A DNA stretch of 63,980 bases, the filler included, from Octopus bimaculoides (Eukaryota): NCBI RefSeq assembly GCF_001194135.2. It is 8 parts of 7 records of this genome, joined end to end, with 100 filler letters (N's around TTAATTAATTAA, not from the genome) between each part and the next. Parts side by side here need not be neighbours in the genome. Positions count along the whole stretch, not along the records: positions 12,518 to 18,052 come from NC_068988.1; positions 18,153 to 22,920 come from NC_068990.1; positions 23,021 to 39,204 come from NC_068997.1; 5 more parts are not named here. One strand, written 5' to 3'. Positions 12,518 through 25,117 of this stretch are shown here, piece by piece; the first letter of the stretch is position 1; every line of letters starts with the position of its first letter. The notes below the pieces were generated by a model, which saw only the letters and a program-made list of their open reading frames with translations, did not search any database and had not been told where the DNA came from. A program made the position numbers and the translations under genes.

Positions 12518-14339
12518 TTTTTTTTTTTTTTTTTTTTTTCAATATTTTTGTCCACTTGGGGATAAATGATCCAGTCAGCCTTACCTTTACTCGATAGAAT
12601 AATTTTGGCTTTCTGGATAATCAAAGGGATTTTTTTTTTTTTACTAAAATCTAAGTGGTGCTTCTTCACTGGATGAGAATGAGGTTATGACAAAAGCTAA
12701 TATTTATTTATTTAGCATAAATCAATGAATTTATGCTGTTCAGCAGCTGCCAGGGAACCAATAAATGACAACATGTGTTTATTGTTGCTTGGACTCTGCT
12801 ATGTGACAGCCATAGTGACAAGTCTGACACATGCAAGCCAAGGGCACTATTATGTGGTTGATCGCCCTGCTAGAAATAATAGCCTCACTTTGCAACCACA
12901 TGGCTTTGAGTCTACTCCCACTGTGTGTGTTGTCCTATAGCCTTTAAACCAACCAATGTCTTGTGAGTGAATTTTGCAGACTGAAGCCTGCAGTTTGTGT
13001 GTGTGTGTATTTGTCTTTCTGTCTGTTTGCCACCTTCTCCCCTCTCTTGTCAATCAATATTGGTTTGTTTACTTCTCTGTGTCTTAGTAGTTTAGCAAAA
13101 GTGACTGCTAGAATAAGTACCAAAATTTAAATAAAACAAATACTAGAGGCGATTTGTTCAACTAAAACCCTTCAGGGTGTTGCCCCAGCATCTCTGCTGG
13201 GTTGTGTAGCTTTGCAGAAGCTTGTCTATTGGTTCATCTTGTAGCTTGTTGTGATTTAAATGACAGAGTTCTATAACATAAGATATAGTCTTCATTGCAA
13301 TTCCAAAATATATTTTTTATAAACAAGTGACATATTATTCTTAATTTTAAAACAAAAACATTCTGTCAGTGAGTGCTCTGCTGTTGTTTGATGGTCTGCT
13401 TTTTGTTGACTGTACTACATTCTGTACTTCTGTGAGTGTGGTGACATTCATGGGTCATTCTATGTGAATTCCTCTACTTATGTGCTGTACACAGGGAGGG
13501 ACAGGCCAGGCTGTGAGATCCCTACCCACCCAATTTTATTATTGCCACTGTCACATTACTGAAAACATTTCTTTCATTTTCTTTTTAGCTATATTTGTGG
13601 TAGTAACGTTTGTTAATTACCTCTCCTTTCACACACACACACACACACCACTCCTCTAGTTTTCTTTTAGGTTTTACTTAATCCATATGTTGTGAGAATA
13701 GGTGCAGGTATGGCTGTGTGATTAAGAGGTTTGCTTCACAACCTCATGGTTTTGGATTTAGTACCTCTGCAGGGCAACCAAAGCCTTATGAATGGATTTA
13801 GTAAATAGATACTAAAGTCTGTCGTGTGTGTGTGTGTATCATCACGTCATCATTTAGCGTCCATTTTCCACGCGTGCATGGTTTAGAGGGTTTAACTGGA
13901 GCTAGTAAGCCAGAGAGCAGCACCGGGCTCCAGTCTGTTTTGGCTTGGTTTCTATGGCTGGGTGCCTCTTACGTGTCACCAACACCATTCACAACTATGA
14001 TTTCACTTGGCTTGACATGTCTTCTCAAGCACAGCAAATTGCCAAATGTCTCAGTCACTTGTCATCACTCCATGAGATTCAACATTCAAAGATCATATTT
14101 CACTGTCTTCCTGGGTCTACCTCTTCCACAGGTTCCCTCCACAGTTAGAGATCGGCACTTCTTTACACAGCTATTCTTGTCCATACTCATCACAAAAAAT
14201 GTGCAAATCCAGGATGGTGTGTGTATTGGCAGAACTAAGAATGTCAGACCAGATGCATTGCAGTATTTGTCCTGGATCCTTGCATTCTGAGTTCAAATCA
14301 AAGCATTGTTTATTTGCATGGAAGACTTAATCCATCAAA

Positions 14340-14620
14340 CAGTTAAACAGCACCTAGTACCCAGGGTGCCTTTAGTAGAGTTCACTCAACTAATATCCAG
14401 GCCAGGTCTCTAGTTTGATGAAGCTTACCACCAATCTCAGAGGCCCTGGAACAAGTCATGGCATTACCTTTCTACATGGAAACGACTTCAAAGTTTCTCC
14501 AAAGACTGGTCTTGACAGATTGACGATGTCGTTCGCTGGCGAAACGTCAGAATGACTGTTAACCATTTTTTACCCAAAAATAAATCCTATACACCACATT
14601 TGTCTACTGAATGCTCTTCA
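14340..14620 (+). mobile_element. Possible Penelope-like 3'/pLTR remnant with hammerhead-like motif
   Basis: TTGACGATGTCGTTCGCTGGCGAAACGTC (CUGANGA..GAAAC-like), then AATAAA. Upstream DEAYH resembles the GIY-YIG tail NRDxGY. Confidence 0.3.
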
Positions 14621-14642
14621 GTTGATATTTGGTCGTTTTATA

Positions 14643-14850
14643 GGTGGCGAGCTGGCAGAAACGTTAGCACGCCAGCCAAAATGCTTAGCGGTATTTCGTC
14701 TGTCTTTGCGTTCTGAGTTCGAATTCCCCCGAGGTCAACTTTGCCTTTCATCGTTTTGGGGTCGATAAATTAAGTACCAGCTGCGTACTGGAGTCGATCT
14801 AATCGACTGCCCGCTCCTCTCCAAACATTTCGTGCCCTGTGCCTAGAGTC
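14643..14850 (+). mobile_element. tRNA-derived SINE
   Basis: GGTGGCGAGCTGGCAGAAACGTTAGCAC head, GTTCGAATTCC B box and CTTTGCCTTTCATCGTTTTGGGGTCGATAAATTAAGTACCAG core. Confidence 0.85.
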
Positions 14851-16563
14851 TTTATGTACAGATATACAGAAAACGCACACCCGCGTAGCAGGCAGGCAGG
14901 CACGGGTTTTGCTCGGCTTCACATGACTTAAGTTTCGTGGACGCATAGGAGACGTCCATCTCAGCAGATGCTGGCACACAGAGATTTAAAGTATATGTAA
15001 CTCTTTCAAATAATGTCTTGAGTGCTACTTTCTTTCGTTTGTTCATTTACTCGTGTGTGTTAGAGAGAAAGAGTGGTGTAGTTTTTAGTCAGTTTAATTT
15101 TATTATTTACTAATTTAATTCGGTATTTACATATTTGCATATTCCTCTTAAACTTTCTCTATTTCACTGCCGGATAGCTGCGTGTGTGTGTGTGTGTGTG
15201 CGTGAGTGTGTGTTTAACTTGTCAGACTGGTTGATGGAGAAAACAGTCATGACCACATACCGACATGAATTACCGTGCGAAGTGGTCACACAAGCTTTAA
15301 AATACACACGTGCGCATATATCGCAGAGAGATGGAAGATGGTTTAGAGGGGGAGGGGAAAGACGAGGGCTGGGAGGATGGGCTTCCTCAAGGGCACGCAT
15401 ACCATAGATGTATATGTACGTACACACGCACACACACACACACATATACACATCGCTCGGTAACATAAACGCACATACCAGAAAGACAGAGTCGGGGTGA
15501 GAGGTTGAGTGGCACACCTTAAAGATATGTATCACAAATACACGCCATTATTAACGGGTTCACACATATGGTCGTATAATGGATGAATGAGAAAGCAAGG
15601 TGGGTAGAAAAAGAAGAGACATCACAAATGTACAGCTGAAATGTATATACACATGACCATACATACATACATAAATACCTCTCGCAGTATAACACGATCA
15701 AATGTACGCAGATATACATACACACACAGAGAAAAAGTAAAACTTTTAACAAGTCCAACGAAAGTAGTGATGAGCACGCATATACCACGAAACATGTAAA
15801 CACACCATGCTGTGTGTATTAGCTACCTCCCTCGCATGTACACACACAAATGTCTCGCTCACACCAGCAGATTCGTCCCGTCTGCTTACACACAGAAGTG
15901 TGTGTGTATGTATGTATGTATGTATACACACAATGTTTTTCCATCATTAAAGTGACTGGGTATCTTAGCCAACGGCTTCTTTTAACCACACACATACACA
16001 CACGCTCTCTCTCTCTGGTCATTTATAATTAATCAAGCTGTCAAGAGAAAAGACACACACACACACACATTGTACTGATGGCCTCCTCCACACCCCCAAT
16101 CTTTCACTCGTTTCTCTCTTCGTAGAATATGTTCGCTTTCTGCTCCAGTCACATCGCAAGTTGAGTTTTTGTTTAATTTTTTTTTAATTTATTTATTTCT
16201 TGTTTGTTTTTTTTTGTTCCCTTTTTTTTCTTTGCTGTTTTGTTTGTTTACATATTTTTCATTTCACGTTGTTAATTGTTTATAAATTTTATATTCATAT
16301 TTATATTGTCTGCTGGTATTAAGTTCTAGATAATGTTTTATTTGTTTGTTTGTTTCTGCGAATGAAGTGATTATGGGGAAATATCCACAGCATTTGAAAG
16401 CCTCACTTAAAAGGCAGGATCTGTTGTGTGTTCAGTTGAAGATATTTTCTTTTTAAATTTAATTCTCTGAAGAAAGAAGATAAAAGCTAAAAACGTCAGT
16501 TCCCCACCCCCGCCACCGAAAGTTATATATATAATTATACATACATATTTCCGTTTTTGGAAA

Positions 16564-16573
16564 ATGAATTCAG
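16564..16573 (+). other. Possible first coding mini-exon (ATG AAT TCA G|GTAAG) after a UTR-like region
   Basis: ATG followed by a consensus CAG|GTAAG donor; no downstream partner exon identified. Confidence 0.2.
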
Positions 16574-16743
16574 GTAAGACAAAATATTTAGTATCGTAAT
16601 TGTTATTGTTCTTTAGTTCCCACCCCCATCACCCCTGATCGAACAGGCCTACTTTTTAATCAAAGCCGTCCCAGCCTTGACCATCCCATTTGTATGTTTG
16701 TGTATGTTGTGACTACACGTTTTCTTAACTAAGAGTGTTAGAG

Positions 16744-17091
16744 CAGTGGTTCTCAACTGGGATCCATATGGCTCCTGAGGGTCCATACAAAATTGTTGGG
16801 GCGGGGGTCTTGCTACAAAATAGTAAACTGGGGTTCCAAAAAGTATTTTAAGGGCCCCTGAATAAACTTTGCATTAGATGTATGTATGTATTGATATGTA
16901 TTGCAAGAAAAAGCTAGGTTTTTTTTCTCTAACATTTTACATAGTTCAATTTACACAAGTTAATGTGTGAAAAACAAAATGGGAATTTTTAAAGAAGTTT
17001 CTATAAAATTAGTTAAACATCAAATGATTATGAGGGATCCACCAGAATAAAATACTAATCAAAGATAAAAAGAAATGGTTGAGAACCCCTA
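16744..17091. mobile_element. Non-autonomous hAT (Charlie-like) MITE
   Basis: TIRs CAGTGGTTCTCAAC ... GTTGAGAACCCCTA; 8-bp flanks TGTTAGAG / GCTTAGAG (6/8 match). Confidence 0.7.
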
Positions 17092-18235
17092 GCTTAGAGG
17101 GATATTTGCTGGGGGTTCTTCCCCTTTTTTTTAGCTCTTCGAGAATGCTCGTAAGGGCTACCTATTTGACTTGTGTATGTGTATTGTTTTAAAATTATAG
17201 TAGGTACATGTTATTTTAGTTTCACGTTATTCTTTTGTCATACATCCAGATTTACCTTATATTTTGCCATTTTCCCTCTTTGTAGAATTAGTCAAATTTA
17301 ATGTGGCATTTTTATTTATTAATTCCCCCCTCCCTCTTATTAACCCTCGCACATACACTTGTTAATTAAAAAAAATTATTAAGATTATTATCAGAGGAAA
17401 GGAAACATCAGGTTTCTTTTTATTAACCGTTGAAATTCACTTTTGTTTGCTGTTGATGCTTAACCCATGTCGTCCCTGATCAAAACAATTCCTGTTGTGA
17501 CCATCCAACCAGCTTTTTGAGACACTATATAGGATTGCATTCGCGAATGTATTCTTGCCCTTAAATAAGGGTGGGTGATAGGGAAAATTTGTCTGCTGTT
17601 TCTAGCAATTCATGCAACCATGTTAGCTCGATTGCGTTTTTAAGCTGTAGTCGTGCGAAGGTGGCCATCCTTGCAGAGAAAACGTTCCAACTGCCATGAA
17701 AACGAACTTATTGATTACTAGGTGACAAGAATAACGCGAATTAGTTTTACCGGTGTAAACGGTGAACTGGTTCCTCATAATTTCACTTGTCACAAACAGA
17801 AATACAGACTCATCCATGTGACTCTTTTCGACAACTTTGGATGTTGATTGCACTGACAAGGTTCACTTGTCTTTTCAGCTCATCAAGACCCCCGCTTCAC
17901 ACTTCCTTCTTGATATGTTGAGATAAAAGTAGCAAAATTTTAAAATTTCATCGATTAATTTGAGGAGCGGGACGAAAATTCAAATGGGTTAATTGCATGT
18001 GTTGTGACAAAATAAGCTATGGAATAATCGTCACCGGGCAGAGGTAAAGGAANNNNNNNNNNNNNNNNNNNNNNNNNNNNNNNNNNNNNNNNNNNNTTAA
18101 TTAATTAANNNNNNNNNNNNNNNNNNNNNNNNNNNNNNNNNNNNNNNNNNNNAATATTGTTCACAAGATAACAAATGGCACTCTTCTTTTAATTTTGACT
18201 CCATATCTTCAGGAGGAGTTACCTCAATCCTTTCT

Positions 18236-18236
18236 A

Positions 18237-18290
<54 letters not shown>

Positions 18291-18318
18291 GATTATTATT
18301 ATTATTATTATTATTATT
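18236..18318. repeat. (TAT)n microsatellite
   Basis: Direct inspection. Confidence 0.95.
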
Positions 18319-18329
18319 TCTTTATTGCC

Positions 18330-18520
18330 CACAGGGGGCTAAACATAGAGGGTACAAACAAGGACAGACAATGGGATTAAGTCGATTACATTGACCCCAG
18401 TGCGTGAATGGTACCTATTTAAACGACCCGAAAGAATGAGAGGCAAAGTCGACCTCATCGGAATTTGAACTCAGAATGTAAAGACAGACAAATTACCACG
18501 AAGCATTTCGCCCGGCGGGA
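18330..18520 (-). mobile_element. tRNA-derived SINE
   Basis: Reverse complement of the same SINE core (AAAGTCGACCTC..GGAATTTGAACTC). Confidence 0.75.
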
Positions 18521-18619
18521 TAATCCTATTGGGCTTGTGATATTTATACCCCACTTTGATGGCATGCGCTATTCTCTCACTCAATAATCCAATTATTATT
18601 AAAAAAAAATATTGAACTT

Positions 18620-19154
18620 ATTGAGAGGGTGGTGCATACCATCAAAGTGACACTGGGGTATAAATATAGGAAACCCAGCATATCCATCATGACTATCCGT
18701 CTGATAATCGTACACCAGGCACATGCATCACAACCATATGTGCACAACATGGTGGTTTCACATCAAGATGCCGTTGCTGGTGGCGCCCAGTTAGAATTTT
18801 TCTTCAAGTCGAGTAGCCCATCCCACTCAAATGGTCCCTGAATAAGGTTTGTTCAAGGATGTTGAATGAAATACTTATGTTTCCAAACGTGAATTATCTA
18901 AACCCCCCAAAATTCTTCTCAACACATGGCTATGATACTCTCCCATTACTTCTGCTCGTAATCAGAGATACACAAATCGTCAGCCACCAAGGGACATGCT
19001 CAACTGGTTATGGTCAAGCGACTGACAAGCAAATCTGTGGTATTGAGCAGAATATTTGCCGTAACCCTTCTTTTATACCAAGCCAAAACAATGTACATGA
19101 TAACACTTCCAATGAGTTGAGATCAAAAGCCATGGGAGTCACTATCAAAGCATT

Positions 19155-19165
<11 letters not shown>
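18620..19165. repeat. Interspersed repeat of unknown class flanked by TAT/TAC microsatellite; its end is inverted-duplicated at 18540-18578
   Basis: Non-coding block bounded by trinucleotide tracts. 18623-18667 is an imperfect reverse complement of 18540-18578. Confidence 0.45.
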
Positions 19166-19213
<48 letters not shown>

Positions 19214-21338
19214 AATACAATCAGGATTGTTTCTCGTAAATCATTTTGCTAAATAGTTCAGATGCGTGTTGACAACATTCGTTTAGCTAGAGGCATTAAC
19301 ATAAACACTGTTCATGTCCTGAGATCACTTGCTATTGGCTATGCAAATCTACAGATTTCCAAACATGTAGTTCAAGAAAATTTCTTTCTATCTAACCCCA
19401 GCCTCTCTCTCTCTCTCTTTCACTCTCTCTCTCTTTCACTCTCTCTCTTTCACTCTCTCTCTTTCACTCTCTCTCTTTCTTTCTCTCTCTTTCTCTCTCC
19501 CTCACCCTTTCACCCTCTGTCTCTCTCTCTTTGATAGATTTCAGTTATTCTGCAATACAGTATTCCTTTAACAATAAGTATACCGGTTTGACTGCATGTC
19601 AGTGAGTGTAACTTGTTTATGTGTTTGCATTAAGTGTCCAACTGGTGTATGTATTACAGACGCAACCCTAACCTTCCGGATACTGATGCTCAGGAGTCTC
19701 TTATAATCCGCACTAAGTTACACGAGGAACTTCAAATTCCGGTGACCTCCAGACTAATCTATTGGGCGACACCGTTTCACAGTCCCATCCAAACTACAGT
19801 ATTGATAAGCTTCGATTATTTTAAGTACAGGGAGCTCTATTTCATTTAATTATTTAAGCAAATGTACTCGTAGTTTAATTTAGGGTGTGTTGACCAAGGG
19901 GACACCGTTTGTTTGAAAAAATCGGTAATTCTTTGGAATGAAATATTCCGGAATATCGATGATTGACCTGTAAGCGACTTTTGTACTTACGGCAGTAATA
20001 AGTCCCATATATGTAAAACTAAATTGGATGTACGACGTTTGTAAAGCAGTCAAATACCCCTTCACACACATACACACAATCAAAATATGCGGTAAGTGAT
20101 CACTACAGTTAACCAAGTGTGTTTTCTGTTTAAACACGTGGTTCTCAGCCATGGGCCATGTGACTCTAGGGCGTTCATTTGAGATTTTGTTGTTAAAATC
20201 TATGGGCAATAAATTCGTTATAATTGTACAATACACAAAATATTTAACTCCTTTTTAATACAACACCTTCGAATATTTAATTTTAAAAACACAATGACAT
20301 CCTTGTTATATGCATTGAATGGCTACGAGGCTCCATCGGAGTAAAATAGGTCTGGAAAGGGTCGGTAGGCAACATGACATTAATTTACAATTTTCAGCAG
20401 TTTGATTAGCTTCAGTCTTCAAGGCCTTAATGTCTCTAAAATGATTGCGTTTATTGAAATTAATCTGGTTATATATTACCCAATGCTAGATTCGTTGCTC
20501 AGTAATTTTTTTATTCTAATGATAAATTCGGTATAAATTTGACTGGTAAACATGTATATAACTATCCTATATATTGCAATATGTTAATTTGCTCATTAAA
20601 AATGCTTATACAGCATCGTTATACCACAAATGACATGCGAGCTCTATTAAGAACGTAATTGTTTTCTTATAAATTATCCTAAAAACAGTTTAAATAAATG
20701 ACAGTGTGTAAAAATATGCAGAATAAACAGAGAAAATGAAATAACGTTCCAATATTTTTGCAGGGTCAATAGCGACAAATAAACATGATAATTAACTCAT
20801 ATTAATCTTTAAAATCAATTAATTATGTATTGAAATAACTGCTATTATATTTTCAATTTAATCTCATTAATAGTATTTACATAAGCAATTGTACTAAACT
20901 GAGCAATAGTATATAACTTGATAATTTACATATTATTAGTAGTAGACGGGTTTCATTGATAGTAGACGGCCATGAAAATGTTTTGCAATGTGCGGTTACG
21001 ACTGATGTTCTTCTTCAAATAACGTCTACGTATAGAGTAAATTGTTTTATTGACTATCAATATATTTGATCTCGGGGATATATTAGATGTCATTATTAGT
21101 AAAGGCGAACACTTTTCAGCTCGTGTTATTGTTATCATGCCGAACAAAATCTTTAGCGGTTTTTCGTCCATCACTGTGTTCTGAGTTCAAATTACGCCAA
21201 GGTCGATTTTATTTTCTCCCCTTAAATCGATAAAATGAGTACCGGGTTAACAATGGGGTTGCTGTAATCGACTATCATCCTTCCCGAAAATTTCAGACCG
21301 TGTGGATATAGCAGAAAAGATTTTTACTGACATATTTG

Positions 21339-21545
21339 AGGCGGCGAGCTGGCAGAATCGTTAGCACTCCGGACGAAATGCTTGGCGGCATTTCGTCCGG
21401 TTTTATGTTCTGAATTCAAATTCTGCGAAGGTCGACTTTGCCTTTCATCCTTTCGAGGTCGATAAAATAAGTACCAGTTGTAATTTGCGGTTGATACAAT
21501 CGAATCCCCGCCTTCCCCCGAAATTCCTGGCCAAAATTTGACACC
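21339..21545 (+). mobile_element. tRNA-derived SINE (a further degenerate copy lies at ~21115-21320)
   Basis: GGCGGCGAGCTGGCAGAATCGTTAGCAC head and GTCGACTTTGCCTTTCATCCTTTCGAGGTCGATAAAATAAGTACCAG core. Confidence 0.9.
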
Positions 21546-21559
21546 AACATTTAATAATT

Positions 21560-21776
21560 CTTTCTACTAGTAGGACAAAGGCCTCAAATTTGGGGGAAGG
21601 GATTAAGTCACTTACATCGATCACCCCACAGTGTATAATTGGTACTTATTTAATCGGCCACGAAAGGATGCAAGGTAAAGTCGACCTCAGCGGTATTTGA
21701 ACTCAGAACGTACTCTCAGACGAAATACCGTTAAGCATTTCGCCCGGCGTGCTAACTATTCTGCCAGCTCGCTGCC
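21560..21776 (-). mobile_element. tRNA-derived SINE, tail-to-tail with the previous copy
   Basis: Ends ATTCTGCCAGCTCGCTGCC, the reverse complement of the head. Confidence 0.9.
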
Positions 21777-21778
21777 CT

Positions 21779-21885
21779 AACAATAATAATAATGATACTA
21801 ATATTAATAATAATAATGATAATAATAATAATAATTATAATGATGATAATGATAATAATAATAATACTACTAATACTACTAATAC

Positions 21886-21954
<69 letters not shown>
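21779..21954. repeat. (TAA)n microsatellite
   Basis: Direct inspection. Confidence 0.95.
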
Positions 21955-21957
<3 letters not shown>

Positions 21958-22920
21958 GAGACACCGGGGAAGTGAAAGAGACACCGGGGAAGTAAAGAGA
22001 CACCTGGGAAATGAAAGAGACACCGGGGAAGTGAAAGAGACACCGGGGATGTTTAACATGTGAGTACGATAAATCACTGCTCCGAAACTTATCCAAAAAC
22101 ATCGGAAATAAAGACATCGCATGGAGCCAAAAAATAGCTGGCAAAGGGTTGGACTATCTCGAGTAAGTAATACTCATTGAAATTTATTTCTATTTTTCCA
22201 AATATAATGATGTATTTTAACTTGATACCTCCACTACTCGAACAGCGATCGTAAACACACGTGTTACATCAAAATCAGACCATCTCCAAACCAAAACACC
22301 ATGTACAAAAAATAGCTGACAAAGGGTTGGATTATATCCGAGTATGTAATACTCATTGAAATTTATCTCTATTTTTCCAAATATAATGATGTATTTTAAC
22401 TTGATACCTCCACTACCCGCACAGCGATCGTAAACACACGTGTTACATCAAAATCAGACCATCTTCAAACCCAAAAACACCATGTACAAAAAAATTACAA
22501 ACAGGTTAAATAACACCGGTATTATTCCACCCAAAAATTACAACCGAGAAGTACGTACTGTAAGCTTGTTACGAAAAAAGTACGAAGATATGAACGTGCA
22601 AAACAATCTGACAACAGAAATAAATGAACCGGTACCCTACGAAAACGATGACCGTCAAAATAAAGGGCCGGACGTTGTTCCTCATGTCCCGCAAACAAAA
22701 CCAAAACGGCATAAATGGACACGTGAGGAACACATTTCGATCCTACACGCCTATTTCACAGCAGTGCTCTACCCAAAAAACGAAAACGCAACAACACATA
22801 CATATAAAATATGGAAGAAAAATAATGTAAATATAGACCTCGATAAAACAATGAACCCTAACAAACTAGCTAACATAAGAAGATATATTCTAACAGCAAA
22901 AAAAAATATCAGAAATAGAA
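21958..22920 (+). mobile_element. 5' end of an R4/Dong-clade non-LTR retrotransposon (5' UTR plus ORF N-terminus from ATG 22482), cut by a scaffold gap
   Basis: ORF contains KRHKWTREEHISILHAYF...TYKIWKK...MNPNKLANIRRYIL, resembling the N-terminal region of R4/Dong ORFs (recalled pattern KWTxE..N..M.AY...KLANQRR.I). It abuts (TAA)n. Confidence 0.65.
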
Positions 22921-23484
22921 NNNNNNNNNNNNNNNNNNNNNNNNNNNNNNNNNNNNNNNNNNNNTTAATTAATTAANNNNNNNNNNNNNNNNNNNNNNNN
23001 NNNNNNNNNNNNNNNNNNNNAAAATTTTAAACTTCTTGCATAGTTCGAGCCCACAACAATATCATATCTCCTCCACTATTTCAGTGTCAAAAGTGAAACA
23101 ATAGCATGTCGCTACTGTAATTTCAAATACTTTCAATTTCATACTGAAACTATTAAAGTGAGACTATACTCTCACATATATACAGGCATACTATAAGACA
23201 CAAGTTAAAAACATTCCCAACAATTCAACTTCTCTGGTTGACATTAACACACCCACCCCCAATAGGGGCCTTCATTCCCACATTTTAGAGCTCCATGAGC
23301 TCCATTTTGGAATATGCGCATAAAGATCAATAGTATGGGATACATGTCTCATGAGTAGAATTTTTTTAGGGCGTGTAAAGAGGGAAAGAACCCTCATGTG
23401 AAATTTTGATGAAATTCGAATCATATGTATTCCAGTTCCTTACAGAAAATATAACAGAAAAGTTTCATTCTTCAATTGCATGTA

Positions 23485-23513
23485 ACACGGGCAACGCCGT
23501 GTATCTCTGCTAG
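23485..23513 (+). mobile_element. Helitron-like 3' terminus
   Basis: Perfect hairpin ACACGG-GCAACG-CCGTGT, then ATCTCTG, then CTAG|T. Confidence 0.55.
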
Positions 23514-24229
23514 TCTATAATATTATGTGACTTGCGATGCATTGATAATAATAATTATAGTAAAAGTTTTGAATCTTAACGTACATTATAAACAGTGTCC
23601 ACCCCACCCCCACTGTTATGAACATTTATGACTCTCCCTAAGTAACTATACTTCTGATCTGTGGGTAGAGGTTTTCCCCTGTCTGTATTTTTTTTTAGTG
23701 TATGTGCCTGTGAGCTTACCATATAAGTATCTGTATGTACTCATATGAACCTCATTATGTATATATGTATATATTTATATCTATGTGTACCTCTGTGTGG
23801 ACTGCATGTTCATATGTATGTATATATGGGTATAGGTATATTTATGTCTATATGTTCATTTATGTGGACTACATGTTCATATGTGTGTGTGTTGGTATCT
23901 GGATATTTGTATATATGTGTGAATATATATGTGTGTGTGTTTGTGTATATGAATATGTAAGATTCATACCATGCTGTGTAGTATTTGTATATGTACACAT
24001 ATACGATATATGTGTGTATTAGCATATAAGATTAATACTGGATATGTATATATATGACTACTTTCATGCCCTTCTTACACTTCTCTTTACTGGCTCTTAA
24101 TCTGGGTGCTGTATGGGAAGGAGAGAAAAATTATGCTTCATAGAATCAAATTCATGCTGTACACTATGCTACCTAGCAAACGTTTACACAGATTTTTCTA
24201 AACACGAACAAATGCCCCTCAGTGACTAC

Positions 24230-25117
24230 CTTCCTGTTGTCCCTTCCAAGTATACAATTTTAGGGCTGCAAGCATCAACGTTGGCATAATGAAGGGGAGA
24301 TCTGTTGAGATTGTTGAAATGATGGAGCATTGTCATGTTGATGTGTATGGTGTGCAAAAAGTGAGATCGAAAGGAGCCTCTGTTAGATTCCTCATAGGTG
24401 AGAAACAGAAGTTTAAATTCTTCTGGGTAGGCCGGAGTGATGGAGTGGGTAGTGTAGGTATACTCGTAGTGGAAAAGTGGGTGGATAAGGTAATTGAGGT
24501 AGTCAGAGTGTGCGATAGGTTTATTAAATTGAGACTCATCATAAATAGATTAAGAGTTACATTTATCTCTGCCTATGCTCCACTAACTGGGTTGGCTAAT
24601 GACCAGAAGGACCAGTTCGATGAGGTCCTTCTGCAGACTACCTCAACAACAAATGACAGAGACTTCGTTATTGTAGCCGGCAACTTTAATGGACATGTTG
24701 GGCAGCTTTCCCATGGATTCCATGTTGTGCTTGGCAGTTATGGCTTTGGTACCAGAAATGAGGAAGGTACAAAGCTACTTGAGTTCTGTGATGCAAATGA
24801 TCTGCAATACTAACTTTAGAAAGCCAACCAGTCACCTAATTACTTTTCGGTCTGGTGGGAATATAAGCCAGGTTGATTATCTCCTTGCTAGGCAGGAAGA
24901 TTATCTCCTTGCTAGGCAGGAAGACAGGCAGATGCTCCAGCATAGGCTACTAGTTAGTGACTTCAGAATTAGAGCTAGAGAGATTTAAAGACATAATCCA
25001 CGTTGGAAAAGAAGATTATGGAAGCTCAAAGACCCAGCAAACCAACAACAATTTAGAGACGTTCTACTGGAAGCCTCTGATGATAGAGAGGTGGAAGAAG
25101 GGACATATAGCTTAGAG
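24230..25117 (+). mobile_element. RTE-clade LINE, AP-endonuclease region (5' part, interrupted by hAT)
   Basis: SINVGIMKGRSVEIVEM..VDVYGVQ, GVGILV, SAYAP, VAGNFNGHVG, RNEEG..LLEFC, QVDYLL, QHRLLVSDF. Frameshifted, with a 24-bp internal duplication at ~24873-24920. Confidence 0.9.

Noticed and set aside
19260-21050. Several small open segments with AG/GT sites (about 19262, 19656, 19892, 20632, 20946) and a 118-aa minus-strand ORF
   Set aside because: The phases I tested do not chain consistently, donors are weak and no homology was recognised.
21958-22050. CRISPR-like short repeats
   Set aside because: The units are contiguous with no spacers, no cas genes are present and the context is eukaryotic.
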